Shown piece after piece: positions 11,756-27,199 of a stretch of DNA of 64,000 nucleotides. Position numbers and translations under genes: made by a program. Within the stretch, counting starts at the first letter, position 1, and each line of letters begins with the position of its first letter. Source of the DNA: Haliotis rufescens (lineage: Eukaryota); NCBI RefSeq assembly GCF_023055435.1, contig NW_025963813.1, positions 5,518,001 through 5,582,000 on the forward strand, in the 5' to 3' direction. Below the pieces are notes generated by a model. It was not told the DNA's origin and did not search any database. It saw nothing but the letters and a program-made list of their open reading frames with translations.

Positions 11756-14205
11756 CCTGCCAGTTACGTTTATCCACTTGAGAATAAACGATTTGAATGT
11801 CGCTATTGTGATTCACCACACCTTATATACTTGTGGTTCAGGAAATCAGGATGTTGAATGTAAATGCCCTCATTGGAATATTTTCGAAAAGAAAATTCCA
11901 AGCGACTTTTTACACCCTGAGAGCGTGAAGAGTGAATCTTTATTATGTAATATCACATGGGACGGTGTCACCTGCCTCTCTATTTTATGCATATCTTCCT
12001 GCATAATTATAAAAATCAAGCTGTGTATTTGTGACCTAACCTGGCACCCAGTGGCTAGCTCACTGCTGGGAAGCACGATAGATTTAACTGTTCATCCAAT
12101 GCAATTTCAAGCTACAGATGATTAGTGAGAAAAAAAATGAATGGAGAGAGAATTTATAAATGAATGACAAATGTTGAACTCCAGTATTTCGTTGAGTGCA
12201 TGTATTGAGTCTAGTAGGCTGCCATTACTATGGGTCCAGGAGGTTTATCAACCTATGTCAAATGCGTGTTTTAAAGCAAAATGTTATGGGAAGGTCATTA
12301 TTCCTTTCTTCATAATGAAACTTGATGTGAAGAGGGAAATGTTCAAGTTTGAGATATATTTTCAAAGTTTGAATTCCTACTTTTATAATCTCAAAGCCAC
12401 ATTATCTTCTATAATAAAACAAACTTCTTCTTTTTCTGTAACTAGCAAATCTTAAATTGCCGTTCAGGTAGCGCAACAATTACCAAAAATATCCAAACTG
12501 CTTTAATGAAAACGAACTTCATCTTATTTTCAAAAGAACTGATAATATCAATATTTATCATGATATGAACCCGGAAGTAGACACAGCTTTGTCTTGGCTA
12601 AACCGTCCTTAGTAGGCGTATGGATAAAAAACAAACGAGCAGGGTGTAACTGTGAGTTAGTGTTAGAGTGTGTGTCTGCGTTGTGGTCTGGAACTGGGTC
12701 TGTGTTTGAGTGTGAAAGTCCGGGCCACATTTAACTTGGTAACTGGCCCAAACCATATTTTTATAGATTGTCGTAAAATCTCAGCTCTCCACATCACATG
12801 TGGACAGGATATACTAATCCATCAGACGAATACCTGATGTAACCACTATTTCCCCAGGAACATGTATGCGGTGGTGGTGGTACAACTAACGATCTATGAC
12901 CCATGTATGACCCCCTTCCAGCCTTACCTGCCCACACTCATCAACAAAACTCCACCACCGGAGTTGAACATTCATCTGGCCTCAAAGCACAATGATTTTC
13001 CTTCTTTGCTATCTGCAGTGACATGTCAACCCACATTAATTAATATCGTTCATAGGCTGTTCTTCTGTTGCATGACTAACCTGTCAGTTACAACTTACAC
13101 CGCAAACTACCAGCCTGGGTCCAGCAGCTCGATTTCCAAATAACCACTGTCAACAATGGTCAGTGGAAGTATCGAGCCTAAACACACAGATCGACCTTTA
13201 AACTGGGGGTCAAATCATGGAAAGCTGGAGTCAATATCATGTACTCATTTGGGATCAAAACAAATTATCAAGAAAATACAATGTCGAATCTCATGTCAAG
13301 CAAAACATATCTGGCCCAGACTCAACAAACCATCGAACAGAGCACTACGTTCTCCTCTTTACCTTCCGGGTCATGGTAAAACTTAAGGGACGTAACTGTG
13401 GTCTGAGGCCATCTGAGAGGGAATCTGCTTCCTTGAAGATTCATATTGCGCTGGATTCTTGAAAAGAACAAACAAATTTGGACTTGTTTTTTTGTGTAGG
13501 CTTTTCTAGAAATCTTGTTGTTATATTAGACATCTGCTCTACCTTATAAGGCCTTAATGTTATCATCACCCCATGGGTGCATTGAGTCACACGTGTCACT
13601 TTTTTAGTTTGAACATTCGCACGGCTTTAATTATAAAGTAGGTGGGCGTTTAGAGGCCGTAATGACAGTATGATACTAAAAGGGGACTCCGTGCATTTTC
13701 GGACAGAAATTGTCCACTTGCTTGGTTCAACATGTTTATAGGTTTACTCATCTGCCTTCGAGCTTCAGGACCTTTGTGGACAATGATTCTAATGTGACAA
13801 TCACTGTGCAGGACATTGAAAAGTAAGCAGTGGAACTACAATTAACTACTTTTATAACAAACAGGCTTATAACGAACTGACGGATATAAAGTATTGCCCT
13901 TAGGTCCCGGGCTTTTGCTACATATATCCTGTATATGTGCTTATAATGAATTACGGTTATAACGAACTAAAATATGTGGTCTCTTTGAGTTTGTTATGAC
14001 CGTGGTTTACTGTGGCTGATACTATCTTGAATTTGGTTGTACTTGAAGAAAATATAAGCCAAGAGAAAATTACAATATACATGGCAGTTTTATTTGTGCT
14101 CGTTGAGGAATATACAGCTTTGGTCGATGCAGCATGGCGAGTGGAATCGACAAACATGATATCAAATGTCCAGCATTTGATGTGAATATGATGATACTTG
14201 AATGT

Positions 14206-14843
14206 TTAACCGTGGTGTCCGCCTCCATGACCACCACCTCCATGGCCACCTCCGTGACCGCCACCGTGGCCTCCTCCATGACCTCCACCGTGACCTCCTC
14301 CATGACCTCCTCCATGGCCGCCACCTCCGTGTCCTCCGCCATGACCTCCTTTGCCGCCACCGTGGCCGCCACCTCCATGGCCACCTCCTCCGTGTCCTTT
14401 GCCACCTCCGTGGCCACCTCCTCCGTGTCCTTTGCCACCTCCGTGACCACCTCCATGACCACCTCCGTGACCACCACCATGACCTCCTCCATGGCCGCCG
14501 CCTCCATGACCACCACCGTGGCCTCCACCTCCATGACCACCACCACCATGGCCACCAAGGACGGAGCCAAGGAAGACTGTAAAGAATGTGAAGAAAAAAC
14601 AATGCATAAGTGGTCATAGATGACAGGATGCATACATACTAAATCCGTCTACCAATCCTAATAAATGTTTACATCATGGTAGAAACTATCCTGATCATAA
14701 CGTTGTCAGTATTATCGTAAAGCCATTTAAAACTCAGCAATAGCTCATAAAGTTGATTATTAGAAAGCTTGGGAATGCGAATTCGCATCAGATAAGGCAA
14801 ACGTACCCAAGACTACAACAACTGCAACATTAAGAAGGCGCAT
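14206..14843 (-). CDS. Secreted Gly/His-rich protein, copy 5 (exons 14843-14807, 14576-14206; 135 aa)
   Basis: Intact ATG, splice sites and stop. Confidence 0.92.
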
Positions 14844-17294
14844 CCTGCCAGTTACGTTTATCCACTTGAGAATAAACGATTTGAATGTCGCTATTGTGAT
14901 TCACCACACCTTATATACTTGTGGTTCAGGAAATCAGGATGTTGAATGTAAATGCCCTCATTGGAAGATTTCGAAAAGAAAATTCCAAGCGACTTTTTAC
15001 ACCCTGAGAGCGTGAAGAGTGAATCTTTATTATGTAATATCACATGGGACGGTGTCACCTGCCTCTCTATTTTATGCATATCTTCCTGCATAATTATAAA
15101 AATCAAGCTGTGTATTTGTGACCTAACCTGGCACCCAGTGGCTAGCTCACTGCTGGGAAGCATGATAGATTTAACTGTTCATCCAATGCAATTTCAAGCT
15201 ACAGATGATTAGTGAGAAAAAAAATGAATGGAGAGAGAATTTATAAATGAATGACAAATGTTGAACTCCAGTATTTCGTTGAGTGCATGTATTGAGTCTA
15301 GTAGGCTACCATTACTATGGGTCCAGGAGGTTTATCAACCTATGTCAAATGCGTGTTTTAAAGCAAAATGTTATGGGAAGGTCATTATTCCTTTCTTCAT
15401 AATGAAACTTGATGTGAAGAGGGAAATGTTCAAGTTTGAGATATATTTTCAAAGTTTGAATTCCTACTTTTATAATCTCAAAGCCACATTATCTTCTATA
15501 ATAAAACAAACTTCTTCTTTTTCTGTAACTAGCAAATCTTAAATTGCCGTTCAGGTAGCGCAACAATTACCAAAAATATCCAAACTGCTTTAATGAAAAC
15601 GAACTTCATCTTATTTTCAAAAGAACTGATAATATCAATATTTATCATGATATGAACCCGGAAGTAGACACAGCTTTGTCTTGGCTAAACCGTCCTTAGT
15701 AGGCGTACGGATAAAAAAACAAACGAGCAGGGTGTAACTGTGAGTTAGTGTTAGAGTGTGTGTCTGCGTTTTGGTCTGGAACTGGGTCTGTGTTTGAGTG
15801 TGAAAGTCCGGGCCACATTTAACTTGGTAACTGGCCCAAACCATATTTTTATAGATTGTCGTAAAATCTCAGCTCTCCACATCACATGTGGACATGATAT
15901 ACTAATCCATCAGACGAATACCTGATGTAACCACTATTTCCCCAGGAACATGTATGCGGTGGTGGTGGTACAACTAACGATCTATGACCCATGTATGACC
16001 CCCTTCCAGCCTTACCTGCCCACACCCATCAACAAAACTCCACCACCGGAGTTGAACATTCATCTGGCCTCAAAGCACAATGATTTTCCTTCTTTGCTAT
16101 CTGCAGTGACATGTCAACCCACATTAATTAATATCGTTCATAGGCTGTTCTTCTGTTGCATGACTAACCTGTCACTTACAACTTACACCGCAAACTACCA
16201 GCCTGGATCCAGCAGCTCGATTTCCAAGTAACCACTGTCAACAATGGTCAGTGGAAGTATCGAGCCTAAACACACAGATCGACCTTTAAACTGGGGGTCA
16301 AATCATGGAAAGCTGGAGTCAATATCATGTACTCATTTGGGATCAAAACAAATTATCAAGAAAATACAATGTCGAATCTCATGTCAAGCAAAACATATCT
16401 GGCCCAGACTCAACAAACCATTCGAACAGAGCACTACGTTCTCCTCTTTACCTTCCGGGTCATGGTAAAACTTAAGGGACGTAACTGTGGTCTGAGGCCA
16501 TCTGAGAGGGAATCTGCTTCCTTGAAGATTCATATTGCGCTGGATTCTTGAAAAGAACAAACAAATTTGGACTTGTTTTTTTGTGTGGGCTTTTCTAGAA
16601 ATCTTGTTGTTTTATTGGACATCTGCTCTACCTTATAAGGCCTTAATGTTATCATCACCCCATGGGTGCATTGAGTCACACGTGTCACTTTTTTAGTTTG
16701 ACCATTCGCACGGCTGTAATTATAAAGTAGGTGGGCGTTTAGAGGCCGTAATGACAGTATGATACTAAAAGGGGACTCCGTGCATTTTCGGACAGAAATT
16801 GTCCACTTGCTTGGTTCAACATGTTTATAGGTTTACTCATCTGCCTTCGAGCTTCAGGACCTTTGTGGACAATGATTCTAATGTGACAATCACTGTGCAG
16901 GACATTGAAAAGTAAGCAGTGGAACTACAATTAACTACTTTTATAACAAACACGCTTATAACGAACTGACGGATATAAAGTATTGCCCTTAGGTCCCGGA
17001 CTTTTGCTACATATATCCTGTATATGTGCTTATAATGAACTACGGTTATAACGAACTAAAATATGTGGTCTCTTTGAGTTCGTTATGACCGTGGTTTACT
17101 GTGGCTGATACTATCTTGAATTTGGTTGTACTTGAAGAAAATATAAGCCAAGAGAAAATTACAATATACATGGCAGTTTTATTTGTGCTCGTTGAGGAAT
17201 ATACAGCTTTGGTCGATGCAGCATGGCGAGTGGAATCGACAAACATGATATCAAATGTCCAGCATTTGATGTGAATATGATGATACTTGAATGT

Positions 17295-17932
17295 TTAACC
17301 GTGGTGTCCGCCTCCATGACCACCACCTCCATGGCCACCTCCGTGACCGCCACCGTGGCCTCCTCCATGACCTCCACCGTGACCTCCTCCATGACCTCCT
17401 CCATGGCCGCCACCTCCGTGTCCTCCGCCATGACCTCCTTTGCCGCCACCGTGGCCGCCACCTCCATGGCCACCTCCTCCGTGTCCTTTGCCACCTCCGT
17501 GGCCACCTCCTCCGTGTCCTTTGCCACCTCCGTGACCACCTCCATGACCACCTCCGTGACCACCACCATGACCTCCTCCATGGCCGCCGCCTCCATGACC
17601 ACCACCGTGGCCTCCACCTCCATGACCACCACCACCATGGCCACCAAGGACGGAGCCAAGGAAGACTGTAAAGAATGTGAAGAAAAAACAATGCATAAGT
17701 GGTCATAGATGACAGGATGCATACATACAAAATCCGTCTACCAATCCTAATAAATGTTTACATCATGGTAGAAACTATCCTGATCATAACGTTGTCAGTA
17801 TTATCGTAAAGCCATTTAAAACTCAGCAATAGCTCATAAAGTTGATTATTAGAAAGCTTGGGAATGCGAATTCGCATCAGATAAGGCAAACGTACCCAAG
17901 ACTACAACAACTGCAACATTAAGAAGGCGCAT
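17295..17932 (-). CDS. Secreted Gly/His-rich protein, copy 6 (exons 17932-17896, 17665-17295; 135 aa)
   Basis: Intact ATG, splice sites and stop. Confidence 0.92.
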
Positions 17933-20382
17933 CCTGCCAGTTACGTTTATCCACTTGAGAATAAACGATTTGAATGTCGCTATTGTGATTCACCACACCT
18001 TATATACTTGTGGTTCAGGAAATCAGGATGTTGAATGTAAATGCCCTCATTGGAATATTTTCGAAAAGAAAATTCCAAGCGACTTTTTACACCCTGAGAG
18101 CGTGAAGAGTGAATCTTTATTATGTAATATCACATGGGACGGTGTCACCTGCCTCTCTATTTTATGCATATCTTCCTGCATAATTATAAAAATCAAGCTG
18201 TGTATTTGTGACCTAACCTGGCACCCAGTGGCTAGCTCACTGCTGGGAAGCACGATAGATTTAACTGTTCATCCAATGCAATTTCAAGCTACAGATGATT
18301 AGTGAGAAAAAAAATGAATGGAGAGAGAATTTATAAATGAATGACAAATGTTGAACTCCAGTATTTCGTTGAGTGCATGTATTGAGTCTAGTAGGCTGCC
18401 ATTACTATGGGTCCAGGAGGTTTATCAACCTATGTCAAATGCGTGTTTTAAAGCAAAATGTTATGGGAAGGTCATTATTCCTTTCTTCATAATGAAACTT
18501 GATGTGAAGAGGGAAATGTTCAAGTTTGAGATATATTTTCAAAGTTTGAATTCCTACTTTTATAATCTCAAAGCCACATTATCTTCTATAATAAAACAAA
18601 CTTCTTCTTTTTCTGTAACTAGCAAATCTTAAATTGCCGTTCAGGTAGCGCAACAATTACCAAAAATATCCAAACTGCTTTAATGAAAACGAACTTCATC
18701 TTATTTTCAAAAGAACTGATAATATCAATATTTATCATGATATGAACCCGGAAGTAGACACAGCTTTGTCTTGGCTAAACCGTCCTTAGTAGGCGTATGG
18801 ATAAAAAACAAACGAGCAGGGTGTAACTGTGAGTTAGTGTTAGAGTGTGTGTCTGCGTTGTGGTCTGGAACTGGGTCTGTGTTTGAGTGTGAAAGTCCGG
18901 GCCACATTTAACTTGGTAACTGGCCCAAACCATATTTTTATAGATTGTCGTAAAATCTCAGCTCTCCACATCACATGTGGACAGGATATACTAATCCATC
19001 AGACGAATACCTGATGTAACCACTATTTCCCCAGGAACATGTATGCGGTGGTGGTGGTACAACTAACGATCTATGACCCATGTATGACCCCCTTCCAGCC
19101 TTACCTGCCCACACTCATCAACAAAACTCCACCACCGGAGTTGAACATTCATCTGGCCTCAAAGCACAATGATTTTCCTTCTTTGCTATCTGCAGTGACA
19201 TGTCAACCCACATTAATTAATATCGTTCATAGGCTGTTCTTCTGTTGCATGACTAACCTGTCAGTTACAACTTACACCGCAAACTACCAGCCTGGGTCCA
19301 GCAGCTCGATTTCCAAATAACCACTGTCAACAATGGTCAGTGGAAGTATCGAGCCTAAACACACAGATCGACCTTTAAACTGGGGGTCAAATCATGGAAA
19401 GCTGGAGTCAATATCATGTACTCATTTGGGATCAAAACAAATTATCAAGAAAATACAATGTCGAATCTCATGTCAAGCAAAACATATCTGGCCCAGACTC
19501 AACAAACCATCGAACAGAGCACTACGTTCTCCTCTTTACCTTCCGGGTCATGGTAAAACTTAAGGGACGTAACTGTGGTCTGAGGCCATCTGAGAGGGAA
19601 TCTGCTTCCTTGAAGATTCATATTGCGCTGGATTCTTGAAAAGAACAAACAAATTTGGACTTGTTTTTTTGTGTAGGCTTTTCTAGAAATCTTGTTGTTA
19701 TATTAGACATCTGCTCTACCTTATAAGGCCTTAATGTTATCATCACCCCATGGGTGCATTGAGTCACACGTGTCACTTTTTTAGTTTGAACATTCGCACG
19801 GCTTTAATTATAAAGTAGGTGGGCGTTTAGAGGCCGTAATGACAGTATGATACTAAAAGGGGACTCCGTGCATTTTCGGACAGAAATTGTCCACTTGCTT
19901 GGTTCAACATGTTTATAGGTTTACTCATCTGCCTTCGAGCTTCAGGACCTTTGTGGACAATGATTCTAATGTGACAATCACTGTGCAGGACATTGAAAAG
20001 TAAGCAGTGGAACTACAATTAACTACTTTTATAACAAACAGGCTTATAACGAACTGACGGATATAAAGTATTGCCCTTAGGTCCCGGGCTTTTGCTACAT
20101 ATATCCTGTATATGTGCTTATAATGAATTACGGTTATAACGAACTAAAATATGTGGTCTCTTTGAGTTTGTTATGACCGTGGTTTACTGTGGCTGATACT
20201 ATCTTGAATTTGGTTGTACTTGAAGAAAATATAAGCCAAGAGAAAATTACAATATACATGGCAGTTTTATTTGTGCTCGTTGAGGAATATACAGCTTTGG
20301 TCGATGCAGCATGGCGAGTGGAATCGACAAACATGATATCAAATGTCCAGCATTTGATGTGAATATGATGATACTTGAATGT

Positions 20383-21020
20383 TTAACCGTGGTGTCCGCC
20401 TCCATGACCACCACCTCCATGGCCACCTCCGTGACCGCCACCGTGGCCTCCTCCATGACCTCCACCGTGACCTCCTCCATGACCTCCTCCATGGCCGCCA
20501 CCTCCGTGTCCTCCGCCATGACCTCCTTTGCCGCCACCGTGGCCGCCACCTCCATGGCCACCTCCTCCGTGTCCTTTGCCACCTCCGTGGCCACCTCCTC
20601 CGTGTCCTTTGCCACCTCCGTGACCACCTCCATGACCACCTCCGTGACCACCACCATGACCTCCTCCATGGCCGCCGCCTCCATGACCACCACCGTGGCC
20701 TCCACCTCCATGACCACCACCACCATGGCCACCAAGGACGGAGCCAAGGAAGACTGTAAAGAATGTGAAGAAAAAACAATGCATAAGTGGTCATAGATGA
20801 CAGGATGCATACATACTAAATCCGTCTACCAATCCTAATAAATGTTTACATCATGGTAGAAACTATCCTGATCATAACGTTGTCAGTATTATCGTAAAGC
20901 CATTTAAAACTCAGCAATAGCTCATAAAGTTGATTATTAGAAAGCTTGGGAATGCGAATTCGCATCAGATAAGGCAAACGTACCCAAGACTACAACAACT
21001 GCAACATTAAGAAGGCGCAT
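20383..21020 (-). CDS. Secreted Gly/His-rich protein, copy 7 (exons 21020-20984, 20753-20383; 135 aa)
   Basis: Intact ATG, splice sites and stop. Confidence 0.92.
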
Positions 21021-23471
21021 CCTGCCAGTTACGTTTATCCACTTGAGAATAAACGATTTGAATGTCGCTATTGTGATTCACCACACCTTATATACTTGTG
21101 GTTCAGGAAATCAGGATGTTGAATGTAAATGCCCTCATTGGAAGATTTCGAAAAGAAAATTCCAAGCGACTTTTTACACCCTGAGAGCGTGAAGAGTGAA
21201 TCTTTATTATGTAATATCACATGGGACGGTGTCACCTGCCTCTCTATTTTATGCATATCTTCCTGCATAATTATAAAAATCAAGCTGTGTATTTGTGACC
21301 TAACCTGGCACCCAGTGGCTAGCTCACTGCTGGGAAGCATGATAGATTTAACTGTTCATCCAATGCAATTTCAAGCTACAGATGATTAGTGAGAAAAAAA
21401 ATGAATGGAGAGAGAATTTATAAATGAATGACAAATGTTGAACTCCAGTATTTCGTTGAGTGCATGTATTGAGTCTAGTAGGCTACCATTACTATGGGTC
21501 CAGGAGGTTTATCAACCTATGTCAAATGCGTGTTTTAAAGCAAAATGTTATGGGAAGGTCATTATTCCTTTCTTCATAATGAAACTTGATGTGAAGAGGG
21601 AAATGTTCAAGTTTGAGATATATTTTCAAAGTTTGAATTCCTACTTTTATAATCTCAAAGCCACATTATCTTCTATAATAAAACAAACTTCTTCTTTTTC
21701 TGTAACTAGCAAATCTTAAATTGCCGTTCAGGTAGCGCAACAATTACCAAAAATATCCAAACTGCTTTAATGAAAACGAACTTCATCTTATTTTCAAAAG
21801 AACTGATAATATCAATATTTATCATGATATGAACCCGGAAGTAGACACAGCTTTGTCTTGGCTAAACCGTCCTTAGTAGGCGTACGGATAAAAAAACAAA
21901 CGAGCAGGGTGTAACTGTGAGTTAGTGTTAGAGTGTGTGTCTGCGTTTTGGTCTGGAACTGGGTCTGTGTTTGAGTGTGAAAGTCCGGGCCACATTTAAC
22001 TTGGTAACTGGCCCAAACCATATTTTTATAGATTGTCGTAAAATCTCAGCTCTCCACATCACATGTGGACATGATATACTAATCCATCAGACGAATACCT
22101 GATGTAACCACTATTTCCCCAGGAACATGTATGCGGTGGTGGTGGTACAACTAACGATCTATGACCCATGTATGACCCCCTTCCAGCCTTACCTGCCCAC
22201 ACCCATCAACAAAACTCCACCACCGGAGTTGAACATTCATCTGGCCTCAAAGCACAATGATTTTCCTTCTTTGCTATCTGCAGTGACATGTCAACCCACA
22301 TTAATTAATATCGTTCATAGGCTGTTCTTCTGTTGCATGACTAACCTGTCACTTACAACTTACACCGCAAACTACCAGCCTGGATCCAGCAGCTCGATTT
22401 CCAAGTAACCACTGTCAACAATGGTCAGTGGAAGTATCGAGCCTAAACACACAGATCGACCTTTAAACTGGGGGTCAAATCATGGAAAGCTGGAGTCAAT
22501 ATCATGTACTCATTTGGGATCAAAACAAATTATCAAGAAAATACAATGTCGAATCTCATGTCAAGCAAAACATATCTGGCCCAGACTCAACAAACCATTC
22601 GAACAGAGCACTACGTTCTCCTCTTTACCTTCCGGGTCATGGTAAAACTTAAGGGACGTAACTGTGGTCTGAGGCCATCTGAGAGGGAATCTGCTTCCTT
22701 GAAGATTCATATTGCGCTGGATTCTTGAAAAGAACAAACAAATTTGGACTTGTTTTTTTGTGTGGGCTTTTCTAGAAATCTTGTTGTTTTATTGGACATC
22801 TGCTCTACCTTATAAGGCCTTAATGTTATCATCACCCCATGGGTGCATTGAGTCACACGTGTCACTTTTTTAGTTTGACCATTCGCACGGCTGTAATTAT
22901 AAAGTAGGTGGGCGTTTAGAGGCCGTAATGACAGTATGATACTAAAAGGGGACTCCGTGCATTTTCGGACAGAAATTGTCCACTTGCTTGGTTCAACATG
23001 TTTATAGGTTTACTCATCTGCCTTCGAGCTTCAGGACCTTTGTGGACAATGATTCTAATGTGACAATCACTGTGCAGGACATTGAAAAGTAAGCAGTGGA
23101 ACTACAATTAACTACTTTTATAACAAACACGCTTATAACGAACTGACGGATATAAAGTATTGCCCTTAGGTCCCGGACTTTTGCTACATATATCCTGTAT
23201 ATGTGCTTATAATGAACTACGGTTATAACGAACTAAAATATGTGGTCTCTTTGAGTTCGTTATGACCGTGGTTTACTGTGGCTGATACTATCTTGAATTT
23301 GGTTGTACTTGAAGAAAATATAAGCCAAGAGAAAATTACAATATACATGGCAGTTTTATTTGTGCTCGTTGAGGAATATACAGCTTTGGTCGATGCAGCA
23401 TGGCGAGTGGAATCGACAAACATGATATCAAATGTCCAGCATTTGATGTGAATATGATGATACTTGAATGT

Positions 23472-24109
23472 TTAACCGTGGTGTCCGCCTCCATGACCAC
23501 CACCTCCATGGCCACCTCCGTGACCACCACCGTGGCCTCCTCCATGACCTCCACCGTGACCTCCTCCATGACCTCCTCCATGGCCGCCACCTCCGTGTCC
23601 TCCGCCATGACCTCCTTTGCCGCCACCGTGGCCGCCACCTCCATGGCCGCCTCCTCCGTGTCCTTTGCCACCTCCGTGGCCACCTCCTCCGTGTCCTTTG
23701 CCACCTCCGTGACCACCTCCATGACCACCTCCGTGACCACCACCATGACCTCCTCCATGGCCGCCGCCTCCATGACCACCACCGTGGCCTCCACCTCCAT
23801 GACCACCACCACCATGGCCACCAAGGACGGAGCCAAGGAAGACTGTAAAGAATGTGAGGAAAAAACAATGCATAAGTGGTCATAGATGACAGGATGCATA
23901 CATACAAAATCCGTCTACCAATCCTAATAAATGTTTACAACATGGTAGAAACTATCCTGATCATAACGTTGTCAGTATTATCGTAAAGCCATTTAAAACT
24001 CAGCAATAGCTCATAAAGTTGATTATTAGAAAGCTTGGGAATGCGAATTCGCATCAGATAAGGCAAACGTACCCAAGACTACAACAACTGCAACATTAAG
24101 AAGGCGCAT
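23472..24109 (-). CDS. Secreted Gly/His-rich protein, copy 8 (exons 24109-24073, 23842-23472; 135 aa)
   Basis: Intact. The F>L change seen in the ORF track lies in the intron's pyrimidine tract; coding changes are synonymous. Confidence 0.92.
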
Positions 24110-26561
24110 CCTGCCAGTTACGTTTATCCACTTGAGAATAAACGATTTGAATGTCGCTATTGTGATTCACCACACCTTATATACTTGTGGTTCAGGAAAT
24201 CAGGATGTTGAATGTAAATGCCCTCATTGGAAGATTTTCGAAAAGAAAATTCCAAGCGACTTTTTACACCCTGAGAGCGTGAAGAGTGAATCTTTATTAT
24301 GTAATATCACATGGGACGGTGTCACCTGCCTCTCTATTTTATGCATATCTTTCTGCATAATTATAAAAATCAAGCTGTTTATTTGTGACCTAACCTGGCA
24401 CCCAGTGGCTAGCTCACTGCTGGGAAGCATGATAGATTTAACTGTTCATCCAATGCAATTCAAGCTACAGATGATTAGTGAGAAAAAAAATGAATGGAGA
24501 GGGAATTTATAAATGAATGACAAATGTTGAACTCCAGTATTTCGTTGAGTGCATGTATTGAGTCTAGTAGGCTACCATTACTATGGGTCCAGGAGGTTTA
24601 TCAACCTATGTCAAATGCGTGTTTTAAAGCAAAATGTTATGGGAAGGTCATTATTCCTTTCTTCATAATGAAACTTGATGTGAAGAGGGAAATGTTCAAG
24701 TTTGAGATATAATTTCAAAGTTTGAATTCCTACTTTTATAATCTCAAAGCCACATTATCTTCTATAATAAAACAAACTTCTTCTTTTCCTGTAACTAGCA
24801 AATCTTAAATTGCCGTTCAGGTAGCGCAACAAATACCAAAAATATCCAAACTGCTTTAATGAAAACGAACTTCATCTTATTTTCAAAAGAACTGATAATA
24901 TCAATATTTATCATGATATGAACCCGGAAGTAGACAAAGCTTTGTCTTGGCTACACCGTCCTCAGTAGGCGTAGGGATAAAAAACAAACGAGCAGGGTGT
25001 AACTGTGAGTTAGTGTTAGTGTGTGTGTCTGCGTTTTGGTCTGGAACTGGGTCTGTGTTTGAGTGTGAAAGTCCGGGCCACATTTAACTTGGTAACTGGC
25101 CCAAACCATATTTTTATAGATTGTCGTAAAATCTCAACTCTCCACATCACATGTGGACATGATATACTAATCCATCAGACGAATACCTGATGTAACCACT
25201 ATTTCCCCAGGAACATGTATGCGGTGGTGGTGGTACAACTCACGATCTATGACCCATGTATGACCCCCTTCCAGCCTTACCTGCCCACACCCACCAAAAA
25301 AAACTCCACCACCGGAGTTGAACATTCATCTGGCCTCAAAGCACAATGATTTTCCTTCTTTGCTATCTGCAGTGACATGTCAACCCACATTAATTAATAT
25401 CGTTCATAGGCTGTTCTTCTGTTGGATGACTAACCTGTCACTTATAACTTACACCGCAAACTACCAGCCTGGATCCAGCAGCTCGATTTCCAAATAACCA
25501 CTGTCAACAATGGTCAGTGGAAGTATCGAGCCTAAACACACAGATCGACCTTTAAACTGGGGGTCAAATCATGGAAAGCTGGAGTCAATATAATGTACTC
25601 ATTTGGGATCAAAACAAATTATCAAGAAAATACAATGTCGAATCTCATGTCAAGCAAAACATATCTGGCCCAGACTCAACAAACCATTCGAACAGAGCAC
25701 TACATTCTCCTCTTTACCTTCCGGATCATGGTAAAACTTAAGGGACGTAACTGTGGTCTGAGGCCATCTGAGAGGGAATCTGCTTCCTTGAAGATTCATA
25801 TTGCGCTGGATTCTTGAAAAGAACAAACAAATTTGGACTTGTTTTTTTGTGCGGGCTTTTCTAGAAATCTTGTTGTTTTATTGGACATCTGCTCTACCTT
25901 ATAAGGCCTTAATGTTATCATCACCCCATGGGTGCATTGAGTCACACGTGTCACTTTTTTAGTTTGACCATTCGCACGGCTGTAATTATAAAGTAGGTTG
26001 GCGTTTAGAGGCCGTAATGACAGTATGATACTAAAAGGGGACTCCGTGCATTTTCGGACAGAAATTGTCCACTTGCTTGGTTCAACATGTTTATAGGTTT
26101 TCTCATCTGCCTTCGAGCTTCAGGACCTTTGTGGACAATGATTCTAATGTGACAATCACTGTGCAGGACATTGAAAAGTAAGCAGTGGAACTACAATGAA
26201 CTACTTTTATAACAAACACGCTTATAACGAACTGACGGATTTAATATATTGACCTTAGGTCCCGGGCTTTTGCTACATATATCCTGTATATGTGCTTATA
26301 ATGAACTACGGTTATAACGAACTAAAATATGTGGTCTCTTTGAGTTCGTTATGACCGTGGTTTACTGTGGCTGATACTATCTTGAATTTGGTTGTACTTG
26401 AAGAAAATATAAGCCAAGAGAAAATTACAATATACATGGCAGTTTTATTTGTGCTCGTTGAGGAATATACAGCTTTGGTCGATGCAGCATGGCGAGTTGA
26501 ATCGACAAACATGATATCAAAATTCCAACATTTGATGTGAATATGATGATACTTGAATGTT

Positions 26562-27199
26562 TTAACCGTGGTGTCCGCCTCCATGACCACCACCTCCATG
26601 GCCACCTCCGTGACCGCCACCGTGGCCTCCTCCATGACCTCCACCGTGACCTCCTCCATGACCTCCTCCATGGCCGCCACCTCCGTGTCCTCCGCCATGA
26701 CCTCCTTTGCCGCCACCGTGGCCGCCACCTCCATGGCCACCTCCTCCGTGTCCTTTGCCACCTCCGTGGCCACCTCCTCCGTGTCCTTTGCCACCTCCGT
26801 GACCACCTCCATGACCACCTCCGTGACCACCACCATGACCTCCTCCATGGCCGCCGCCTCCATGACCACCACCGTGGCCTCCACCTCCATGACCACCACC
26901 ACCATGGCCACCAAGGACGGAGCCAAGGAAGACTGTAAAGAATGTGAAGAAAAAACAATGCATAAGTGGTCATAGATGACAGGATGCATACATACAAAAT
27001 CCGTCTACCAATCCTAATAAATGTTTACATCATGGTAGAAACTATCCTGATCATAACGTTGTCAGTATTTTCGTAAAGCCATTTAAAACTCAGCAATAGC
27101 TCATAAAGTTGATTATTAGAAAGCTTGGGAATGCGAATTCGCATCAGATAAGGCAAACGTACCCAAGACTACAACAACTGCAACATTAAGAAGGCGCAT
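26562..27199 (-). CDS. Secreted Gly/His-rich protein, copy 9 (exons 27199-27163, 26932-26562; 135 aa)
   Basis: Intact ATG, splice sites and stop. Confidence 0.92.
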
